Shown here: piece by piece, positions 10,914 to 21,413 of the stretch
How the letters are laid out: every line of letters starts with the position of its first letter
How positions within the stretch are numbered: position 1 is the stretch's first letter
Assembly (NCBI GenBank): GCA_040767965.1
Contig: JAXGNR010000004.1
Span: forward strand, 224,001-288,000
Direction of reading: 5' to 3'
DNA: 64,000 nucleotides
Source: Atribacterota bacterium
Lineage (GTDB): Bacteria; Atribacterota; Phoenicimicrobiia; Phoenicimicrobiales; Stramentimicrobiaceae
The notes under the pieces: model-generated
Told to the model about the DNA's origin: nothing
Database searches by the model: none
Seen by the model: the letters and a program-made list of their open reading frames with translations, nothing else
Made by a program: the position numbers and the translations under genes

Positions 10914-10949
10914 ATTATATATAATATTATATATAATATCATATATAAT
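10914..10949. promoter_or_regulatory. Three tandem 12-bp palindromes, candidate GntR operator
   Basis: ATTATATATAAT ATTATATATAAT ATCATATATAAT between divergent larA-like and gntR genes. Confidence 0.5.
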
Positions 10950-10962
10950 AATTTTTTCATAA

Positions 10963-11619
10963 TTGAGAAAAATTTTAAATATGGGAAAAACCGAAGAAGT
11001 TTATCAGACACTTTTAATTAATATCTTAAAAGGAGAATTGCGTTTAGGTCAGAGATTAATAGAAAACGATCTAATAAATAAATACCATGTTAGCAAAACT
11101 CCACTTAGAGAAGCCTTGTTCAGACTTGAAAAAAACAATTTGGTTACCAGGACCCCTAATCGGGGCTTCGAAGTTATAAGTTTGAAAAAAAATGATATTG
11201 AAGAAATATTCGATCTAAGGGAAGTTTTGGAGGGTTTATCAGTACAAAAAATTTGTAATAATCTTACAGAAGAAAATAAACTAAAACTGTCCCAATTAAT
11301 TGAAATAGATAAAATGAGATTTTATGCCTCAACTAATAACATAAAAGAATACAGGAAATTAGACACACACTTCCATTTATCCTTATGCGAAATGAGCCAA
11401 AATCAACGGTTATTGGACATAATAAAAAATATACATTATCAAATAAGAATATTGCTACATTCTACTATATATTTTTACGATAAAAAAAGAATAGAGATAT
11501 CCTATACGGAACATAAAAAAATATATGATACTATCTTATTAAAAAAAACTGATACTGCTGTAAAACTAATCAAGGAACATATTGTAAATATAAAAAAAGC
11601 AATATTAATGCAATTATAA
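10963..11619 (+). CDS. GntR family (FCD domain) transcriptional regulator
   Basis: wHTH VSKTPLREAL, FCD motifs DTHFH and EHKKI; ATG 10981 is an alternative start. Confidence 0.93.
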   Translation: MRKILNMGKTEEVYQTLLINILKGELRLGQRLIENDLINKYHVSKTPLREALFRLEKNNLVTRTPNRGFEVISLKKNDIEEIFDLREVLEGLSVQKICNNLTEENKLKLSQLIEIDKMRFYASTNNIKEYRKLDTHFHLSLCEMSQNQRLLDIIKNIHYQIRILLHSTIYFYDKKRIEISYTEHKKIYDTILLKKTDTAVKLIKEHIVNIKKAILMQL

Positions 11620-11964
11620 TAATATAAATTGCTATAAAATGTTTAGAATTGCTAGTGATGATTATTAGTATTAATCTCAGTAGTGCAAGCAAAATAGATA
11701 GTTTTTTAAAATTAAAATTAAACCTGAAAAATTATTTTTTATTTAATAATTCAATATTATTTTTTGAACATTAATCCCAGTATAAATTCAAATTACAGAA
11801 TCGAGGGAATTTTAAAATAATTTTTGTATTAGATCTTTATTCAATTAAAGCTAATAGGGTATATTAAAACTATTAAATTATAAATAAACAGATAAATTAT
11901 CAACACTGAAAAGATTTCTGTGTATTTTATCGGTATCAGTAAAAAGATGAGAGAGGTGTAAAAA

Positions 11965-13035
11965 ATGACCGAAAAAGTAGTTGCTAGAGAATATTCAGAT
12001 ATTATTTTTGTACAAGAAAAAAGAAAGAATATTCGCCTGAACAGAGAAAAAATATTTAAAGAAATACCAAAAGAAAAACTAATTAAGATTTATCGAAACA
12101 TGGTAAGGACAAGAAAATTAGATGAAAAATTAGATAATATGCTAAGCAGAAGTATTTCATTAAGCCAACATTCAACTTGTGGACAGGAAGCGACACCAGT
12201 TGCTTCTATTGCAGCCCTGGAAAAAGAAGATTATATTTTCCCTTATCATAGAGGCTGGGCTTGGGCTATTGGGAAAGGTATGGATCCCAAACTCATAATA
12301 GCTGAATTGCTTGGTAAAAAAACTGGTTATTGTAAGGGAAAAGGCGGACCTCATTTAGCTAGTTTCGAATTAGGGGTAATGGGAAGGTCAGGAGTACAGG
12401 CTGCTCATATTCCTATTGCTGCAGGAGCTGGATTTGCCATAAGATATAAAAATGAAAAAAAAGCGTGTATTGCTTTTTTTGGAGAAGGTGCAAGCGACAA
12501 TGGTAATTTTCATGAGGGTCTAAATCTAGCAAGTATATGGAAAGCGCCTTTAATTTATATTTGTGAAAATAATCAGTATATGCAATTTGATAGATCAGAT
12601 AATACTAATTCAGTAGCTGATATTGCTTTAAGATCAATTGGTTACAGTATTCCTGGTTATATAGTCGATGGAAATGATGCATTGGCTGTTTATCATATTG
12701 CTTCAAAGGTTATTAGTGATGCCAAAAATGGCAAGGGCCCTAGTTTTATAGAGGCAAAAACATATAGATTACATGGTCACACCGGTATAGATAAAGGGTA
12801 TTATGGAGGATATAGAACAAAAGAAGAGGTAGATCAATGGCGGGAAAAATGCCCCATAGAAAGATTAAAAAGTGATTTATTAATAAATAATTATATCACA
12901 GAAATTGATATGATTCAAATAGAGAAGGATGCAATTAATGAAATGGATGAAGCAGAAGAATTTGCTGTAAATAGTGAATATCCCGATAAAGATGATTACC
13001 TAGATGATATTTTTTTTAACGAAAATATGAGATGA
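11965..13035 (+). CDS. ThDP-dependent dehydrogenase E1 alpha subunit (AcoA/PdhA-like)
   Basis: GQEA, GEGA...ENNQY ThDP motif, TYRLHGH. Confidence 0.9.
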   Translation: MTEKVVAREYSDIIFVQEKRKNIRLNREKIFKEIPKEKLIKIYRNMVRTRKLDEKLDNMLSRSISLSQHSTCGQEATPVASIAALEKEDYIFPYHRGWAWAIGKGMDPKLIIAELLGKKTGYCKGKGGPHLASFELGVMGRSGVQAAHIPIAAGAGFAIRYKNEKKACIAFFGEGASDNGNFHEGLNLASIWKAPLIYICENNQYMQFDRSDNTNSVADIALRSIGYSIPGYIVDGNDALAVYHIASKVISDAKNGKGPSFIEAKTYRLHGHTGIDKGYYGGYRTKEEVDQWREKCPIERLKSDLLINNYITEIDMIQIEKDAINEMDEAEEFAVNSEYPDKDDYLDDIFFNENMR

Positions 13036-13046
13036 GGTAGAAAAAA

Positions 13047-14018
13047 ATGAAAGAAATTACCTTTGCAAATGCAATAAAAGAAGCCTTACAGGAAGAGATG
13101 AGAAAAGATGAAAATATATATATAATGGGTGAGAGCATTAGGCACAGTGTCTGGGGTGTTACCAGAGGAATGGATGCCGAATTTTCTAAAAAAAGATTAG
13201 TTAATGCTCCAATATCTGAAAGTGGATTTGCCGCAGCCGCATTGGGGTCAGCTCTTTTAGGCTTAAAACCTGTTGTTGAATTGATTTTTGGAGATTTTTT
13301 GCTTTTAGCTGCTGATTCAATTGTAAATGAAGTTGCAAAATATAGATATATGTGTGGTGGAGGGGAATTTAAAGTCCCAGTTGTAATTAGGGTTGCAGGT
13401 TGCGGTGTTGGGTCAGGTGGTGGTCCTCATCATGCCCAATATTTAGAAGGAGCATTCCTGAATTATCCTGGCTTAAAAGTAGTTACACCCTCAAATCCAT
13501 ATGATGCAAAAGGACTATTAAAAACTGCCTTAAATGATAATAATCCCATATTATTTTTTGAACATAAATTACTTTATGGCATGAGAGGAGAAGTCCCAGA
13601 GGAAGAATATTACATTCCATTTGGCCAAGCAGAAATAAAAAAAGAAGGAAAAGACATTACTGTTGTTGGGATTAGCAATAGCTGTAATAAAGTGCTTATT
13701 GCTGCAAATGAGTTATCAAAAGAAGGAATAGACATTGAAGTTATTGATCCTAGAACATTGATTCCGTTCGATAAGGAAACACTATTTAAATCACTAAACA
13801 AAACCAATAAACTTATTATAGTTGAAGATGGACCAAAAAGAGGAGGGGTTGGAAGTGAAATATCAGCCATGATAGCTGAAGAAGCTTTAACATTATTAGA
13901 TGCGCCAATAGTCCGCGTAGCTGGCAAGGATGCTCCCTTGCCATCGGGGAGATATGGTGAAAAATTCATGGTTCCTTCTGTTGAAGAAATTATTAATAAC
14001 TGTAGAAAATTGGTATAA
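13047..14018 (+). CDS. ThDP-dependent dehydrogenase E1 beta subunit (AcoB/PdhB-like)
   Basis: PISESG, HHAQ, DAKGLL, FFEHK, IDPRTL. Confidence 0.92.
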   Translation: MKEITFANAIKEALQEEMRKDENIYIMGESIRHSVWGVTRGMDAEFSKKRLVNAPISESGFAAAALGSALLGLKPVVELIFGDFLLLAADSIVNEVAKYRYMCGGGEFKVPVVIRVAGCGVGSGGGPHHAQYLEGAFLNYPGLKVVTPSNPYDAKGLLKTALNDNNPILFFEHKLLYGMRGEVPEEEYYIPFGQAEIKKEGKDITVVGISNSCNKVLIAANELSKEGIDIEVIDPRTLIPFDKETLFKSLNKTNKLIIVEDGPKRGGVGSEISAMIAEEALTLLDAPIVRVAGKDAPLPSGRYGEKFMVPSVEEIINNCRKLV

Positions 14019-14195
14019 GTATTATATTAAAATAAAAAATTTACAGAAGCAAAACTAATATCTATCTAAGCATGGTAGAGAGAATATATACCCGAATGTA
14101 AGATTAAGGAAATGATAAAGAAATTAAAAATAATTTTGAAAAAGTAAATATAGAATAATGCTGAAGGAACTAATAGTTAATAAGGAGTAGTATAA

Positions 14196-14999
14196 ATGAG
14201 ATTAGAAGGCAAAGTTGCCATTATAATAGGTGCTGGCTCTGTGGGTTCAGGTATGGGAAATGGGAAAGCAAGTGCAATTTTATATGCCAGAGAAGGAGCT
14301 AAGGTACTTTTGGTTGACTATAACTTGAATGCTGCTGAAGAGACCAGAAATATTATTCTTCAAGAAGGTGGAAAAGAGTGTATTTCTTTCCAGGCAGATG
14401 TCCGATATGCTGAACAATGCAAGGGCATAATGGATAAATGTATTAGTAGCTTTGGGGAAATAAATATTTTACATAACAATGTTGGTATTAATATTAGAGA
14501 TGATATTGAAAAATGCAGGGAAGAAGACTGGTTGAATATTCTTAATACAAATCTTACCAGTATGTTTTACACTTGTAAATATGCAATTCCTTTTATGTTA
14601 GAAAATAATTCTGGTTCAATTGTTAATATCTCTTCTTTGAGAGCAATTAGGGGAGATGGTGTTCCTGCTACTGCTTATTCTGCATCAAAAGCAGGTATTC
14701 TTGCTCTAACCAGAGAGATTGCTATTCAATATGCCAAAAAAGGTATTAGAGCAAATACTGTAATACCTGGGAAAATAGACACACCCAGAATTTACACCAA
14801 TAAAGAAAAGGCTTATGGTGATACAATTGATGAGAAGAAAAAAAATCGGACTAAGGTAATTCCAATGGGAAAAGAAGGTGATGCCTGGGATGTTGCCTAT
14901 GCATCACTATTCCTAGCGTCTGATGAAGCAAAATATATAACGGGTACTACATTAATAGTTGATGGTGGTTTGTCTTGTGTTTATGGTAGTTTTGATTAA
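14196..14999 (+). CDS. Short-chain dehydrogenase/reductase
   Basis: GAGSVGSGMG, NNVG, YSASK catalytic motif, VDGG. Confidence 0.92.
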   Translation: MRLEGKVAIIIGAGSVGSGMGNGKASAILYAREGAKVLLVDYNLNAAEETRNIILQEGGKECISFQADVRYAEQCKGIMDKCISSFGEINILHNNVGINIRDDIEKCREEDWLNILNTNLTSMFYTCKYAIPFMLENNSGSIVNISSLRAIRGDGVPATAYSASKAGILALTREIAIQYAKKGIRANTVIPGKIDTPRIYTNKEKAYGDTIDEKKKNRTKVIPMGKEGDAWDVAYASLFLASDEAKYITGTTLIVDGGLSCVYGSFD

Positions 15000-15019
15000 T
15001 TTTTTAAAAGAGGCAAAAA

Positions 15020-16065
15020 ATGAAAACAAAAGCGATCATTTCATATGAAAAAGAGACTAAAATTGACAATTTAGATATTTCTGAATTATCTGATGAATTT
15101 TCATTACTTAAAGTGGCATGTGCCCCATTTTCTTATCAAGATTGGCTATGTTTACAAAATAATACAATTAAATATCCTTATATTCCTGGTAAAGAGGCAG
15201 TAGGCTATTTAGAAAAGATAAACAAGAAATCAAGATGTCTTTCTTATGGCCTGGAAAATGCACAAGAAGGAGATCTTGTTTACATTGAACCTTCAGTTGT
15301 TTGTTTGGATGTAACTTGCAAGACCTGCTTAAAAGGTTCATATTCTTTATGCGCTGGTGGTAGAAGATATGGGGAAAACGATATTAAAAAATATCCTTAT
15401 CTATTAGGTGCGTTTAGTGAATATATGGTAATATTACCTGGTTCAAAAATATATAAATTATCAGATGATTTACAAATTAATCATTTTAATCTAATTGGTT
15501 TAATATCAAAGGCAATTAGGGCAATTTCAAAAAAAGGGAAAGCATCGATTGGGGATAATTTACTTGTTTTGGGATTTGATCTTTTTAGCATATGTTGTGC
15601 TTTAGTTGCTAAACATATTGGTTTAAATAAGGTAATTATCTTTGATAAAGATTTTGATGATAATACAAAAAATATTTAAGTAATATGCGTATTGATTTTC
15701 TAGATAAACTACCTGAAGATGAATACAACATAATAATAGATAATAAAGGAGAAGAAGAATTGTTCAATGATGCTTTGGGTTTAACTGCCCCGGAAGCAAA
15801 TGTTTTTATTCCATTTGAGTTCTTGAGCGAGGCGCTTAATATTTCTAAAAGAACAATAATCCGCAAAGAAATTTCAATAACAGGGTTATCCGAATCTTCT
15901 TGGGATTCAGGACAGGCAATTAAGTTTATTATTAAAAATCAAGATTTATTAGCCCAGATACCTTTTAAAGAATATAATCTTGAAGATTTACTAAAAAGAA
16001 TAAATAGTAATTTTCAACAGATTGATTTTAAATTATGTAACAATTTAATTAAACCATGGGTTTGA
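15020..16065 (+). CDS. Degenerate Zn-dependent alcohol dehydrogenase-like protein, split by a 1-nt frameshift at the A6 run ~15667-15672
   Basis: GroES-like domain with four structural Cys; adding one A joins ORFs 15020-15679 and 15685-16065; catalytic-Zn and Rossmann motifs are lost. Confidence 0.7.
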
Positions 16066-16077
16066 GGTGAAGGTAAA

Positions 16078-17154
16078 ATGGTAAAAAAATGCATAGCAGC
16101 AGTATTAGAGTCACCAAAAAATTTTCAGATTAAAGAGTTTCCAATTCCAAAAGTAAAAAGTGATGATATGTTGTTGAAAGTTGAGCTGGTTACAATATGT
16201 GGAAGTGATAAGCATCATTTTATAGGAGATCATGCTGCATCTTCATATCCTAAAATATTAGGGCATGAATTTGTTGGTTTTATAGAAGAAATAGGGGAAA
16301 AAGCTGCCAAAAAATATAATTTTAAAAAAGGAGACAGGGTAACCGTTGAGGCATCTAGATTGTGTTTTTATTGTGAATATTGTCTTTCGGGCACCTATCA
16401 GATGCATAAACCAAGAAATGGTTATGGTGTTGGTTTAACATGTGATAAACCACCTTATTTGTTAGGGGCGTATAGCCAATTTATCTACCTTTTTGATGGC
16501 AGCAAGTTGCATAAAATTAATGATGATGTACCAGCAGAGGCCGCTGCTTTATCATCAGTTATTGGTAATGGCATAAGATGGGTTAGAGAGAAAGCAAAAT
16601 TAAAGTGCTGTGAAAGTATAGTAATTGTGGGTGCAGGAGCCCAGGGGCTGGCTACTACTATCGCTGCCAAAGAAGCCGGCGCCTATCCCATAATAGTAAT
16701 GGGTATTAGTAATGATTACAAAAAATTTGAATTGGCAAAGGAATTTGGTGCAGATTATATAATTAATATAGAAAAAGAAGATCCTGTTGAAAAGGTAAAA
16801 GAGCTTACTGAAGACAAGTTAGCTGATGTAGTAGTTGAGTGTTCAGGAAACATGAATGCTATTAATATGGCAACTAAATTAATCAGACCAAGAAAAAGAA
16901 TGGTATTAGTTGGCTTAACAGGAGGAAAAGAGGTAAAAATAAATACAGATTTATTTATAAACCGTGAAGTGCAGATAATTGGGGGTCATGGACAGAATTG
17001 GGACGTAGAAGATGCCGTGAGATTAATTAATTCAAGAAAATATCCCATAGAGAAAATAGTATCACATAAATTTCCATTAACAAAAGTAGAAGATGCTATG
17101 GATTTCTTTTTTAAAGCTCCACCAGAATGCATAAGGATAGGGCTTGTTCCTTAA
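16078..17154 (+). CDS. Zn-dependent medium-chain alcohol/polyol dehydrogenase
   Basis: TICGSD, LGHEFVG, GAGAQG. Confidence 0.92.
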   Translation: MVKKCIAAVLESPKNFQIKEFPIPKVKSDDMLLKVELVTICGSDKHHFIGDHAASSYPKILGHEFVGFIEEIGEKAAKKYNFKKGDRVTVEASRLCFYCEYCLSGTYQMHKPRNGYGVGLTCDKPPYLLGAYSQFIYLFDGSKLHKINDDVPAEAAALSSVIGNGIRWVREKAKLKCCESIVIVGAGAQGLATTIAAKEAGAYPIIVMGISNDYKKFELAKEFGADYIINIEKEDPVEKVKELTEDKLADVVVECSGNMNAINMATKLIRPRKRMVLVGLTGGKEVKINTDLFINREVQIIGGHGQNWDVEDAVRLINSRKYPIEKIVSHKFPLTKVEDAMDFFFKAPPECIRIGLVP

Positions 17155-17176
17155 AGATAAAATAATATTATTGTAT

Positions 17177-17230
17177 TGCCTTTATTCGGTTACGATAGGA
17201 TTAAATAAAGAATTTATTAGAATAAAGGCA
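17177..17230. terminator. Inverted repeat upstream of tctC
   Basis: TGCCTTTATTC...GAATAAAGGCA 11-bp stem with a long loop. Confidence 0.4.
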
Positions 17231-17311
17231 GAGGTAAGGAGGTGAAGTATAGTCAAAAAAAAGAAAATAATCCGTCAGAAAGAATTATAAATCAAAAAGG
17301 AGGATTTTGTA

Positions 17312-18271
17312 ATGAGAAAAGTATTATTATTTTCTATATTGTTAATTTTTGTTTTTACTATGGGATTATCAGCTGCTGACTATCCAAGCGATAACATCAA
17401 ACTTATTGTTGGCTGGGCAGCTGGTGGTGGTAGTGATACTATGGCGAGAGTAGTAGCTCCCTACCTGGAAAAACATATAGGCGTTCCAGTTGTGGTTGAA
17501 AATAGACCTGGGTCAAGTGGAGAGGTATCCTTTGTATATCTCTATAATGCTAAGCCTGACGGTTATACGCTTGGATTAAGCAATATTCCTGTTCTTTTTT
17601 CACCTGCTTTAATGAGAGAAGTCCAGTATAATTGGAGAGAATTCGAACCATTAATTAATGTAGTTACAGACCCGGGAGTCATTGCAGTTAAAGCAGATGA
17701 TGATCGTTTCCCAGATCTGGAAACATTTTTAGCTTATGCCAAAGAACATCCAAAACTATTAACTATTGGTAATACTGGAGTAGGAAGTGGAGATTATGTA
17801 TCTGCCTTAATGCTGGAAGAAGAAGCTGGTGTAACATTTAACAATATTGCCTTTGATGGTGCTGGTGAATGCATTCCTGCATTATTAGGTGGTCACATTG
17901 ATGCTATAGGAGCAAATGCGTCAGAATTAGTTCAATTTGTAGAATCTAACCAAATGAGAATATTGGGTTCTATGTCTGAAGAAAGATATCCTGATTATCC
18001 GGATGTTCCTACTTTCTTAGAATTAGGTTATGACCTTCTTGCCAGTTCCAGTCGCGGTATTTCAGCTCCTCCAGGAACACCTGATGATGTATTAGAAATT
18101 CTTGGCGAAGCTTTTGAAAAAGCGGTAAATGACCCAGAATTTCTGGAGCAAGCAAAAATAGCTGGATTAGCTTTAAATGTTAAGCTTCTGGATGATTATA
18201 GAGTAATGAGAGACAATATGTGGGAAGATTACGAAGAATTATATTCTAAACGTCCATGGGGTGGCGAGTAA
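17312..18271 (+). CDS. tctC: Tripartite tricarboxylate transporter substrate-binding protein (TctC/Bug)
   Basis: Signal peptide, GGGSDTMAR, VENRPG, KPDGYTL, LLGGHID, PDVPTF. Confidence 0.93.
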   Translation: MRKVLLFSILLIFVFTMGLSAADYPSDNIKLIVGWAAGGGSDTMARVVAPYLEKHIGVPVVVENRPGSSGEVSFVYLYNAKPDGYTLGLSNIPVLFSPALMREVQYNWREFEPLINVVTDPGVIAVKADDDRFPDLETFLAYAKEHPKLLTIGNTGVGSGDYVSALMLEEEAGVTFNNIAFDGAGECIPALLGGHIDAIGANASELVQFVESNQMRILGSMSEERYPDYPDVPTFLELGYDLLASSSRGISAPPGTPDDVLEILGEAFEKAVNDPEFLEQAKIAGLALNVKLLDDYRVMRDNMWEDYEELYSKRPWGGE

Positions 18272-18285
18272 TCAAGATTAATTAA

Positions 18286-18333
18286 TTAATAATTGAATGA
18301 CTCAGGTTTTTACCTGAGTCATTCAATTATTAA
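18286..18333. terminator. Perfect 22-bp stem-loop after tctC (mRNA stabiliser or partial terminator)
   Basis: TTAATAATTGAATGACTCAGGT-TTTT-ACCTGAGTCATTCAATTATTAA. Confidence 0.75.
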
Positions 18334-18366
18334 ATTAATAAATGATATTAAAGGAGGGTATGATAC

Positions 18367-18801
18367 ATGAACTTGACAAACAAAGTTAAAGACAGAATTT
18401 TAGCTTTTATTGTTTTATCCTTAGGATTTGCTGGTTATTATGCCACCAGATCATTTCCTGGACAATCAGGTGTTTTTCCAAGAGGTATTTTTGTCTTCTG
18501 CAATGGCATCAGCAGCTTTATTATTTTTGGTACTTTTTGGCCTTTCCTTAAAAAGAAAAAAGCGAAAAATACAACTATAAAAGAGTTTTAATAATTGCTC
18601 TATCAACTTTAATTTATTTCCACGATTAATTTCTTGGGATATTTTATTGCAACGCCCTTATTTCTTTTTACTGTCAGTTACCTTTTGGAATTGCGTAAAT
18701 TTAAAAATTATTAGTACTATACCCATTAGGATTTACTTTTTCTTTATGTAAGCTTTGTAATATTGCTGCATGTTCCACTTCCAATGGGAATTTTTGAATA
18801 A
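18367..18801 (+). pseudogene. tctB: TctB small membrane subunit, multiply frameshifted (possibly assembly error)
   Basis: N-terminal TM and FP motif; typical C-terminus HVPLPMGIFE ending 18801; between tctC and tctA. Confidence 0.7.
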
Positions 18802-18841
18802 ATGAATAAGTTTTAACTAAAGTAAAAGGCAGGTGTAATTT

Positions 18842-20364
18842 GTGTGGAATGAATTAATAAATGGAATCTGGATAGTTTTATCTATAAAACATTTAATTTA
18901 TATGACATTCGGAGCGTTGCGGGAATTGCAGTAGGTGGGCAACTCCTGGTTTGACATCCAGCATGGGTGTGTAGCTCTTTTGATTCCAATAACATTTTCT
19001 ATGCCGGCGACAACAGGATTAATTTTTGGAAGCATGAGTATGTTGGTTCAGTTTACGGAGGTTCTATCTCAGCTATATTAATAGGGGTATTCCTGGCACA
19101 CCGGCTTCTATTGCAACATCTTTTGAGCAGCGGTCACGGTGTTGTGAAGAATGGTGAAGCTGATATGGCTTTACGAACATCTATATCTGCATCAACTGTT
19201 GGGGGAATAATTGGTGCATTATGCTTAATATTTATAGCTCCTCCACTAGCAAAAATAGCACTTTCTTTTGGTCCAGATGAATACTTTTGGGTCGCTGTCT
19301 TTGGCTTAACAATTATAATATCTATCGCGAGTAAAAATCCAATAAAAGGGTTCATATCAGCAGCACTTGGATTTTTTGTGGGAACAATTGGCATGGATCC
19401 TGTTATTGGCAATACAAGATTTATTGGCAGTACAGAATTGATTGGTGGTATTGATGTAGTTGTATTATTAATAGGACTTTTTTCTATACCGCAGGCTTTA
19501 AGTAATGGCTGAAACAGGTGATATAAAGGCTTCATATAGTATTGAAAACGGAATAAAAATGGCAACTTTTGTAGACGTAATATGAAAGATATAAAGAACA
19601 CTTTGGGTAACTTATTTACGTTCATCAATATTAGGAACAATTATTGGAATTATTCCTGCGTGCCGGTGGAAGTATAGCTTCTTACCTGGGATATAACGAA
19701 GCAAAGAGATGGCCGAAGAGACCAGAATTATTTGGTACAGGTATAGCAGAAGGAGTTTCCGTTGCTTCAGAAGCCGCTAACAGGCCGCTGTTGTTGGAGG
19801 AGCCATGGTTCTTTTTATTGGACATTGGGAGTTCCGGGTAATAATGTTTCTGCTATTTTGATTGGGGACTGATGATTCAGGGATTAAGGCCTTTTGACCA
19901 ATGTTGTTTGTTCAAAACCCAGATGTAGTTTATTCTTTCATGTTTTCACTACTATTTGCTAACTTTGTAATGCTATTTTTGGGTTATTATGGTGCTAATT
20001 TCTTTGTAAATATTGTAAAAATTCCCAACAATATTTTAGCCCCATCAATTATAACATTAAGTATGATAGGTTCTTATGCAATTAGAAATAGTTTTTTTGA
20101 TGTTGGATTGATGATATTTTTGGTTTTCTTGGTTACTTGATGAAAAAGTTAATATTAGTTTTGCTCCAGCAGTTTTAGCTTTAATCTTAGGACCAATTGC
20201 AGAGTCAAATATCAGAGAGCATTCCAGATTAGTAATGGCAGTGTTAGTATACTTTTTTCCAGTATGCTTGATTGATATTAATTTCATTGAGCATTATTTC
20301 AATATTTTTCGCTTTAGTAGTTTTTATCAAGGATCGCAGACAAAGCAAAATTTCTGTTAAATAA
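18842..20364 (+). pseudogene. tctA: TctA large membrane subunit, multiply frameshifted (possibly assembly error)
   Basis: Fragments in different frames: PGLTSSMG, YGGSISAIL, PGTPAS, FGPDEYF, GMDPVIG, ASEAAN, LGPIAE. Confidence 0.8.
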
Positions 20365-20453
20365 AGTACTAATTACTTGTTAGAAACATAAACCATTTTA
20401 AATTTTATGAGAATATCTAAATATAATTTACCAATGTGAAATGAGGTAAAATT

Positions 20454-21312
20454 ATGAAAAATAACTCTATTAAAAAATTAATCAATGAACCGGAGATATT
20501 GATAATGCCGGGTGTGCATGATGCTTTAAGTGCAATAATTAAGCGAGAAGGCTGGTTTCAAGGCAGTACAAGGTTCCGATGGGTTTTGCTGGTAGTTATC
20601 TTGGTTTGCCTGATGTAGCCATCCTGTCTTCAAGCCAGATGATAGAAATTACCCGAATATTGCTAAAGCTGTAAATATCCCTGTTATGGCAGATGGTGAC
20701 ACGGGATTTTGCACGTTGCCAGTGTATTCTATAAGAAACAGAGGGTTTGAAGATGCCGGTGCTTCCGGAGTTAATTTAGAGGACCAAGTTTTTCCGAAAA
20801 GATGTGGGCATATGGAAGGAAAAAAAATTATTCCCATGGAAGAAATGGTAAAAAAGATTGAAGCTGCTATGGAAGCAAAAAGAGATAAAGATTTTGTTAT
20901 TAATGCAAGAACTGATGCTATTGCAATTTCAGGAGTAGATGAGGCTATAAAAAGAGGAAATGCCTATGCCAAAGCTGGTGCTGACCTTATCTTCGTAGAA
21001 GCCCCTACTAAAGAAGAAGACATAAAAAAAGTTATCAGTTCAATTAATGCACCAGTTAGCATCAATTTGCTGCAAGGAGGAAAGACACCTTTAGTCCCTA
21101 TTGCAAAATTACAGGAATGGGGTGCGGCTAGAGTAAGTATTCCTGTTACTTCTGTTATGATAACTGCAAAGGCATTGATGAGGGCTTTTGAATATATTAT
21201 CAAAAATAGAGAGATATCCGGATTAGAAGGAGATGCTACAACTTTTTCAGAATATACCAAGCTGGTAGGTTTGGATGATATAAAAGAATTGGAAAAGAAA
21301 TACTCAATATAA
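20454..21312 (+). CDS. Isocitrate lyase/PEP mutase family lyase (PrpB/2,3-dimethylmalate lyase-like); 5' third frameshifted
   Basis: MPGVHDALSA, LGLPD, DGDTGF, EDQVFPKRCGH, INARTDA, FVEAP; ATG 20454 after GAGGT. Confidence 0.85.
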
Positions 21313-21413
21313 AAATCATTTTTTAATATATTTTGTATTTTCGCATTTATTTAATTGTAAAAATTGTTGTTTTTTATTATAGAATAATAACTTATAAAAA
21401 GAGAGGATTTTGG

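Noticed and set aside
10914-10949. CRISPR-like repeat
   Set aside because: The repeats are 12 bp, abutting, with no spacers and no cas genes
18490-20750. Programmed frameshifting or alternative genetic code as the cause of broken ORFs
   Set aside because: Indels are numerous, of mixed sign and confined to patches; all other genes read cleanly in the standard code
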